Source: Cyanidioschyzon merolae
Lineage: Eukaryota
NCBI GenBank assembly: GCA_000091205.1
Contig: AP006485.2
Direction: 5' to 3' (one strand)
Length of the DNA stretch: 64,000 nt
The translations under genes and the position numbers were made by a program. Below are positions 56,957-64,000 of the stretch, piece after piece. Position 1 is the first letter of the stretch; the number at the start of each line of letters is the position of its first letter. The notes beneath the pieces were generated by a model, which was not told the origin of the DNA, searched no databases, and saw nothing but the letters and a program-made list of their open reading frames with translations.

Positions 56957-57639
56957 TTTTCGTTGTAAATCTTGATAATGCCGCGAATCGCCAAATAACT
57001 TTCACAGGAACCACCCTATGAACCACCCGAGCAGTGGAGAAGCTGACTTGCGAAAAAACGGGGTACGCGACGGATGTACAGCCGAGAGTCGTGGCTGCTT
57101 CGCAGGACGGCGAAAATCCGGACGTGGCTAAACGGGACAAAAATACCCTCAGCTGCGCTGCCTGTACGATAATGTATAAAAAGGACAAAACACCCACGGG
57201 TGCGCTGCCGATTTTGATGCTGAACATGGTAACCAATATCCTACGACCATGAAGTTTAAATTATTACCACATGCAGAGGTCTGCCAGCCTTTTCAACCGG
57301 ACCCCTGCCGCCGGTTTCAGCCTTACCTCGTATACTTCGATCCTGAGAGGTTCCCCACAAAGCTGGCTCGCGCCAGCTCCACGAGTGTCATATAAAGCAA
57401 CGCATATCGTCTGATATTGATGGCGGCGTCAAAGTACCGGCTCATGGACCCCATGCGTTTGTTGCGTCTGATGGGACTCGGCTCTACAAAGATTCCTTGA
57501 ATTCGTGCCGTCTTTGCCATCTGGTGCTCTGTCAGCTCTCCGTACTCATATATCACGGAAGCGCTCCGCTGCGTTTTGTCCGTCTGGACCTTCTGAAGTG
57601 TGCGCCCTAGGATATCCCTCGGATTTTTTAAAGTGAATG

Positions 57640-58250
57640 CACTTCTTTATAGCCTCAGGTGAGGACCTTCGCAGGGGAGAAGGACTTGCTGAAGAACGAC
57701 GAAATGTGCCCCAGTGTGTCACCGTGTGCTGAGCGCTTCAGCGAATCGCCCAGAGCAGCGATCCTTACGTTTCATGATAGAAAACATCCGTTCGATGGAA
57801 ATGAACCATGGAGTGTACGCAGGAATGAAAAGCAGCTCTACCCCGGTGGAATCAGCACAATGCTCGAAAGCAAGGGGAATGTTCAAGTGCTATGTAGTGC
57901 AACAGAACGAAGTCGCCAGACGTCAGGAGCAACATCTTCAGTGATTCTACAAAAAGGTGCTGTTGTATTAGGCTTCAATGCGGGCGAACCCGAGGCCGCT
58001 ACATGAATCCACTGCAGGTAGAACAGATGATGTCGTCTTTCTTTTCCAAATCGATCGCACGTACAATGGGCTCTCTACCCGGCGAGTGGCCATGTACGCT
58101 CCGACCGTTTCGTCCAAAGCAAGTCTCATCGACTGAGAAATCAAACGGATATCCCTGTGCTTCTTACCGATTGCAACGTTCCATGAACGCTGTACGTGCG
58201 TTTCGGTTCATGATGGCCGTGTGTGAACTAGGGCTCTGTTTTTTGTGACT
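57640..58250. repeat. R2-related repeat, a diverged third copy
   Basis: It aligns to 18541-19100 and 34557-35116, sharing ggtgaggacctt…gtgtcaccgtg.gctga..gcttcagcga.tcgccc…atgatagaaaacat…ggaatgaaaagcagct…catgaatccact…. Identity is roughly 70%. Confidence 0.6.
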
Positions 58251-58789
58251 GTATCCGGGTATTTGCAGGACCACACAGACAAGGTGTTGAGCAACAGAGA
58301 CGCCCGTGATGGCTGCGATCCTCGCTTTTGCCTTCCGTGAGATGCTCAACGTGTCGTTTTCAACCATTGAATGCAAGCAGTTTTGAGGATTCGGTTTTTG
58401 GCTTGGATCGCATTTACTTTTCTGTGTTCCTCTCGCATCTGAGTACTGGGATATGACAGACCTGAAGGGGGAATGGAGTCCACCTTGCACTGTTCAGTGA
58501 AGAATATACATCCTGCAAGCAACTCATCTGTGCTCAATACGATAAATTGCATCCTGATTTCGATCTTCTGCTTTAAGCTACAAAAACAGCATTCGAATGC
58601 TTTCAGCGGTGGTCAAACAAAATTGAGTTGAAAGACTATAAAATGGAACAGTGAACATTTTATGCTGTTCCTGCTCTACAATCCTTTCCGAAATTTTTTC
58701 AGGTCGACGAACTCGACCTTCGAAGTGCGACAACAAAGAGTTACGAATCCACACCTAATTTAACGATTCTCGATTGTCTCTTCAGCGTG

Positions 58790-59893
58790 ACTCCTTTGAT
58801 GTTTTTCAGTTGGAATTCGCCAGGTCACCGGAATGAAATTGAGTTGCCACGCAATCGAGCAAGAATTCATAAAAAGCAGAAGTCATTACAAAATCTATGC
58901 AAACAATTCTCCACTCCGCTCCTTTTTTTCATTCCGGACGCTCGAATCATGCCCAGTTCCGATCTTTCTGTTTCAAGGCAATTTGCTGGTGCAGCAAGAA
59001 TTGCAGCTGGATTGACATTGAAAACAAACTTCGATGTCATCCCTTCAAGACTTTTTCACAACCTCAAGCCGAAAGCTCACTGAACTTAGTACGCAAAATA
59101 ATCGATGCCGTTCGAGAGCCAAGTCGCACTCTTTTCATCGAAATCGGCGAAACGGCGTTCTACAGCAGCTAGATACCTCTCACAGGACTTGCTCACACAG
59201 GCTCCTGTCTCTTCTGTTTTCTTAGAGAAGCATCATGGCCTCGGGCTTTAGCTATTACCGCAATCGTCTCGAGGAAACACTGCCTCATCGTTTTCCAACA
59301 ACGGAGCGCCGACAGTTTGAAACTTCTCGACTTGTTCTTGACCTGAATAATCGTACGGGTACTTGTTTCATCATGGATAATATCGCGTTCCACAAATCCT
59401 GTATTGAACAGAACAGCGTGCGCCTGCTTGTACAGCGGACACAGTACTTGCCAAGGGGATCGCCAGGAGGATGCCCATGCTCTTATGGGACGGCTCCGAG
59501 CGCGGAAACGGAAGCGAGCATCGAGAGCTCTCTTCCGTCTCCGTCGAGGGCACGAACCGAATTCTGGAGCAAGCTGTCACGCGCCATAGTGCAGTTATCC
59601 AGGGAAAGGTTGGGTATTCTGTGGGAATATCTGACTACAGCAAACAGTCACCGCCGCGAAACGCCCACCTAGGCTTCACAAAAAATGCGAATGCCAAGCG
59701 AGGCGTAGATTGCAAATGCCACGTGTGTATCACATGCTCCGATAGCAGCAAGAAACCGAGAGATAGGGATTTTAATGGTGCCATCAACATCTTTCGACTA
59801 CAGACAACGGAGCTGGAGGGAAGCGAGACACGAGCATATTTCATGCTGGAGATGAGTGGCACGAAAAACGGAAAAAATCGAAGAACACATTAG
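58790..59893 (+). mobile_element. Fanzor/TnpB-like nuclease, C-terminal half (copy e). It is frameshifted and probably a pseudogene.
   Basis: ORF 59471-59893 reads ...AVIQGKVGYSVGISDYSKQSPPRNAHLGF...KRGVDCKCHVCITCSDSSKKPRDRDFNGAINIFRLQT. This gives a RuvC-II-like stretch, a CxC…CxxC zinc finger and a canonical RDxNGAINI RuvC-III. The overlapping ORF 59235-59672, in another frame, has ...RLVLDLNNRTGTC..., a possible RuvC-I. Confidence 0.55.
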
Positions 59894-61047
59894 CAGAAAT
59901 GCTACTAATGATGACAATTGGAAAGCCCAAAACTTTAATGCATACACTCGCGATAGACAAGTGGACTCGTTCCATTTTATTCAGGCATGAGTATATGCGC
60001 CATATCCTGCGGCCGTGCGTTTTGCTTAGAAAGACTGCGGGCGATTAAATTATTATTAAAGGTCATCCTTCAACAAAAGAGAACTGGATGAGCAACCTGC
60101 CTCGTCACTTGGGCCTCTCTGCTCGCTTAGTCGCCTCTTCAAATGGAGCGCGTCACCAGAACATATTATGGTCGAAGATCGCGGTGCTTGCCGACGTCCA
60201 GTCGGAGCGTGTACATTTGTACGAGAGGCTCAGCATGTGCCTTTTGGGGCCCTTGCGCTTTCGGCGCAGGATATTTGCAGAGCAGCGCCATTCTGAAGCA
60301 GCCCTGACGTACTTCGGAGCGCGAGCCCAGCGATGAACGCCCCCAAGCGAGGCATCTGATAACTGTCGTATATATATTCAACATGCCACGAAACAATGAA
60401 TAGATGATGGACGTCTCCGAGCGATACATCTCACAATTGCCGCATGTAAGTTTGAGCTGCGAATGAGGTTCGCCGGCGAGCGCAAGCGGCGCTCGTCCAC
60501 GAGAACGTCCCCGTCCGTAGCGGAAGAAGCAGCGCGCCTCTTTCTGAGCTGGTCGGACGCATACAGCTTCAATACACCGGCAGGTTGCATCGCAAAAGCG
60601 GCCCTCTTCCCGCTCGAGTACTGCTGAGGCGCCTGAAACGCCCGAGAAACCGGATGCTCGATGTTCCGCGTCGCAGGAAAATGTGTCGTTCTTTAGATTG
60701 AGCCGCTATTCCTAATCAGGATGCAGGATCGGGTCTCGTGGAACGTGACGACCTCTATAAAGGAGCAGAGGTATCTTACTTGCTTATTGTCTCCGTTTAT
60801 GCATCCAGAGTAAGCGCTTTTCAGAGTCGATGGCTCGTGGTAGATCCGGCAAATTCGCTGTCGGCACTTGACACGGCGTTTCTGAACTACGGCAGACAGT
60901 GGCAGGTCAGATGTTGTTTGGATTCGGATTGACCAGTCTGATCGAAACTAGGGCATACGAGCGCTAACGTACTGGATCCTCTCACTTTGGATAGCGTCTA
61001 GTTTATGCTGAGATCCACCAGTGGGTTGAAAGACTAGAGAGCACGTC

Positions 61048-63273
61048 ATGGATGCTGAACAACGTTCAGGCGTCGGCGACAGTTCTCCGCACGCGGCTAC
61101 GTACCGTTTGTCCCGAACGCTTGCCGGGCATGCGGCTGACGTTCGAGCCGTTGCTGCCATGTCGCGAGAACTATTGATAACAGGTTCACGGGACGGCTGC
61201 GTGCGACTTTGGCGCGGTAACGAACTGAACAGCTATGGTATTCGGGTACACGCTCCCCATTATGTTCAGGCGCTCGCGGTTTTGAGCAACGAAATGATAG
61301 TAAGCGGTTCCTCGGACAAAACTGTTGCCTGGATTGACGTCAATACAGAGCAGATGACGCATTTAGGCAAAGGGCACGGAGACGTCGTGAGCGCGCTGGC
61401 GGTAGCCCCAACGTCGACACTGGTGGCCTCTGGCTCCTGGGACCGAACGGTGCGCCTGTGGCGGGACGGCGAGAGTCTCATGAGCCTCACTGGACACGAC
61501 GCAGCGGTTTGGGCTCTTTTATTTCTAAGCGATACCGAAGTCCTCAGCGCTTCGGCGGACTGCAGCATTCGTCTCTGGGATGTTCGCAAAGGAGAGTGCG
61601 CCCAGGTGCTGTACGGCCACGACGAAGCCGTACGGGCCCTCTGCCGACTCGAGTTGAGCGCGCATTCTAGAGGCAGTTTCGCATCTGCTGGGAACGATGG
61701 CTCAGTTATTCTTTGGTCCATGCATGGTGAGCAAATTCGTCGCTATCCGAATGTACATGGCAGCTTCATTTATGCCCTTGCTGCTTTTCAAGATATGCTC
61801 ATCTCGGCTAGCGAAGATCGAACCGTGCGCATCCTGGACCTCCAGCAGCAGGATGTCGTTCAAACGATACCACATCCCAATACCGTCTGGAGTGTTACCA
61901 TGATTCCTAATGCTGACGGCGATTTTCTAACCGGCTGTGCTGACAGTTGTGCGCGCGTTTGGACCCGCATTCCGGAGAGGTCCGCGCCGGCAGAGCACGT
62001 TGCGGAATACGAGATGGCGCTGGCAGCGCAAAAAACGAGCATGCACCATCAGCATCAGATAGATCCTTCCCAAGTGCCTGATGCAGAAACGGCGCTAGCG
62101 CAGCCGGGCTTTCGGGACGGACAAACGCGGCTCGTGCGCAAGTCCGGAACCCTGGACGGCATCGAAGTATACATGTGGTCGATGTCAGCAGGTCGCTGGA
62201 TGAAGATAGGTGACGTGACGGATCCTCCTGGATCGCCCGAGCGGCCTCTCAAGACAGGTTTTGACTACGTCTTCGATGTTGATGTTGATGTCGACGGCAG
62301 TGCGCATCGATATCGTCAGCTAGGGTATCGACGTGGAGAGAATCCGTACGTCGCTGCCGAGCGTTTTCTGGAAGAAGAACATTTGCCGCGTACATATCTG
62401 GAACAGATTGTACAGTTTCTTATCACGCATGTTCCCGCCAGCGACATGCGTGCCGATGCGGGCGCGCTGACGGATCCGCTCACCGGCGCTGATCGCTATG
62501 TGCCACCCGCTGCGTCTTCTCTACCGCAAGGTCATTCGGCGGGGAATCTGCCGGACTGGATACTGTTTCCTGGGACGGATTCGTATGAACGCATCTTGGA
62601 ACATTTGCCGGAAAACGATCGGTGTCGGTCGTTATTCCAGACTTTGAAACCGCTTACAGCAGAGAAGGTGCGCATGCTCAGTGCGCTCCTCGAGCGGACA
62701 CCGCCCGCGCAGGCGGTAGCTGTTATAGATCTGGCGAGACTCGTCGTCCTAGAAAATGATGCGATACAGATACTTTTTGGAAATGGTCAGCCGACAGTAC
62801 TCGACAGTGTCCTACGTCATGCATCCAGTGCAGAAGCTTCTTTTGGAATACACGTTTCTTCCTGTCGCTTCATATGCAACAGTTTCGTCCATTGGCAGCG
62901 AGCCCCGGTGCGTGAGGCCTTGCTACGATGTGCGGATCTTATTTTAGATACGTTTACGATCATCGTGCATAGCGATACACCTGAGAAGCTCTGGCGGGCT
63001 TTCGCCGCAGTGTTGTATAATTACGCCGTTCTTGAGAGTCGATGTGATGCAGGGCGTCAATCTGTCCGGTCGTGCGCCGATCGAGTGCTGCAGAGTGCCT
63101 GTCTGCTCGGTTTTGCACGACCAGCTGGTGTCCAGGAGGCGTCTGAACTCACCGACGCCCTCTGGATGCTCATTCACGACGCTTCGCGGGCGCAGCTTGC
63201 GATATCCGCAGGTCTGTTGGAGTGGGAAGAGGTACCCTCTAAAATCGCAGAGCGTATCCGCATGTTTGTCTAG
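61048..63273 (+). CDS. Phospholipase A2-activating protein / Doa1-Ufd3 family (WD40 + PFU + PUL)
   Basis: Seven WD40 repeats lie at the N-terminus (…GSRDGCVRLW…, …GSWDRTVRLW…, …ASADCSIRLWD…). The PFU domain follows (...YMWSMSAGRWMKIGDVTDPPG...FDYVFDVDVDVDGSAHRYRQLGYRRGENPYVAAERFLEEEHLP). The C-terminal region is a helical PUL domain. The protein is 741 aa. Confidence 0.8.
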   Translation: MDAEQRSGVGDSSPHAATYRLSRTLAGHAADVRAVAAMSRELLITGSRDGCVRLWRGNELNSYGIRVHAPHYVQALAVLSNEMIVSGSSDKTVAWIDVNTEQMTHLGKGHGDVVSALAVAPTSTLVASGSWDRTVRLWRDGESLMSLTGHDAAVWALLFLSDTEVLSASADCSIRLWDVRKGECAQVLYGHDEAVRALCRLELSAHSRGSFASAGNDGSVILWSMHGEQIRRYPNVHGSFIYALAAFQDMLISASEDRTVRILDLQQQDVVQTIPHPNTVWSVTMIPNADGDFLTGCADSCARVWTRIPERSAPAEHVAEYEMALAAQKTSMHHQHQIDPSQVPDAETALAQPGFRDGQTRLVRKSGTLDGIEVYMWSMSAGRWMKIGDVTDPPGSPERPLKTGFDYVFDVDVDVDGSAHRYRQLGYRRGENPYVAAERFLEEEHLPRTYLEQIVQFLITHVPASDMRADAGALTDPLTGADRYVPPAASSLPQGHSAGNLPDWILFPGTDSYERILEHLPENDRCRSLFQTLKPLTAEKVRMLSALLERTPPAQAVAVIDLARLVVLENDAIQILFGNGQPTVLDSVLRHASSAEASFGIHVSSCRFICNSFVHWQRAPVREALLRCADLILDTFTIIVHSDTPEKLWRAFAAVLYNYAVLESRCDAGRQSVRSCADRVLQSACLLGFARPAGVQEASELTDALWMLIHDASRAQLAISAGLLEWEEVPSKIAERIRMFV

Positions 63274-63439
63274 GGAAAACGGATCTGGGCTGCCTCTATC
63301 CAAATCGGGATATTGCGGCCCGATAAAGTTTCTGCCTCTGCATTCTATGTAGCGCGCGGCTATTGTACTACTGACCAGTGCGTGAAGAAGAAGATTTGGG
63401 TGTCATGGAAGTGTTTTTGCATGAAGCGATGCAAGTCTC

Positions 63440-63446
63440 CAAAGGA

Positions 63447-63483
<37 letters not shown>

Positions 63484-63660
63484 AACTTTGCGAATTCTAA
63501 TGCTTTTCTGCGTTGGAAACACCCACTGCGCGCGTTTCGATGATCGGTTTTGCTTATGTACTACAGTGCTGTTCCGTACGTTGCCGCTGCTGCTTCTAAA
63601 GTGGGCGAATCCAAATGCTGTTCTCTGTAGGAAACGCTCACTGTGCGCGTCTCTGTGCTC
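63440..63660. repeat. A (GCT)n microsatellite of about 12 units, followed by two imperfect tandem units of ~100 bp that each begin with GCT repeats
   Basis: The run GCTGCTGCT… lies at 63440-63483. The units at 63484-63597 and 63598-63660 share …GCGAAT.C.AATGCT.TTCT..G..GGAAAC.C.CACTG.GCGCGT.TC…. This sits in the 3' intergenic region shared by the convergent PLAA and EF1A-like genes. Confidence 0.6.
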
Positions 63661-64000
63661 TAAACTGATGACGAGGCGATTTTCGCTCCACTTTCCGTCG
63701 TTGACTGAAGCTCCTCTGAGCGTTGCTTGGCAGTCGGAATGCGTACCACCACCCCGGCTCCTATGGTGGTGCCCTCATCCCGCAGCATGAAACGACCCAG
63801 AGGCGCAAACTCTTTGAACGCGGTAACGCAGACGGGCTGCGCGACGCTTAACCGCGCAATAAAGGTACTTCCGGGTCGCACAAACTTGGGATGTTTCTTG
63901 ACGATCTGGTTTGTGCGGCGATCAACCTCAGCGAGGAGACGCTCGAAAACAACCTCAACGGCCGCTGCTTGAATATGCGCAATACAGCGGTACCCCGCAG
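63660..64000 (-). CDS. EF1A-family translational GTPase, C-terminal beta-barrel domains (eRF3/HBS1/EF1A-like). Partial; the CDS runs off the window end.
   Basis: Manual translation gives ...[87 protein letters not shown].... This parallels EF1A ...[96 protein letters not shown] is closest to the eRF3/HBS1 tails. Confidence 0.6.
   Translation of the reverse strand, partial: [112 protein letters not shown]

Noticed and set aside
57323-57556. A 77-aa - strand ORF (…GELTEHQMAKTARIQGI…) that vaguely resembles a ribosomal S15-like helix
   Set aside because: The similarity is too weak. The motif spacing does not match uS15 and the ORF has no ATG-supported start context. It is left as unannotated.

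Overview
This window looks like a compact, intron-poor eukaryotic nuclear region, about 52% GC, with roughly one gene per 2-3 kb. A PsbQ-type oxygen-evolving-complex protein carries a stroma-type transit peptide and a twin-arginine lumen signal, so the source is most likely a primary-plastid alga; which species cannot be told from the sequence. Most recognisable genes are housekeeping and read as single uninterrupted ORFs. They include RPA1 (partial), SUMO-E1 Aos1, mitochondrial Hsp78/ClpB, an Smr protein, Trm7/FtsJ, mitoribosomal uL15, PsbQ, NSA2, NBP35, 3-hydroxyacyl-CoA dehydrogenase, RPABC4, CSN1, a SNARE, FHIT, YrdC, RPL9, PLAA/Doa1 and an eRF3/HBS1/EF1A-like fragment. The window is also unusually rich in repeats. 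(1) At least five degenerate copies of a TnpB/Fanzor-like RuvC nuclease, the eukaryotic OMEGA RNA-guided nuclease family: each shows an IDPG-type RuvC-I, an EFRTS/CxxC zinc finger and an RDxNxAINIFRL RuvC-III, and all appear frameshifted. (2) A ~560-bp interspersed repeat (R1) lies immediately upstream of, and co-oriented with, four consecutive + strand genes; every copy ends in a consensus splice-donor-like GGTGAGTGG, and in one case it supplies the annotated start codon. A fifth, inverted R1 copy carries a ~570-bp GC-rich insertion. (3) A 1.26-kb near-identical segmental duplicate (R2) has a third diverged copy. The supplied ORF track evidently allows GTG/TTG starts, so several CDS starts below were moved to the first in-frame ATG. 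All identifications rest on motif recognition by eye; no database search was possible.
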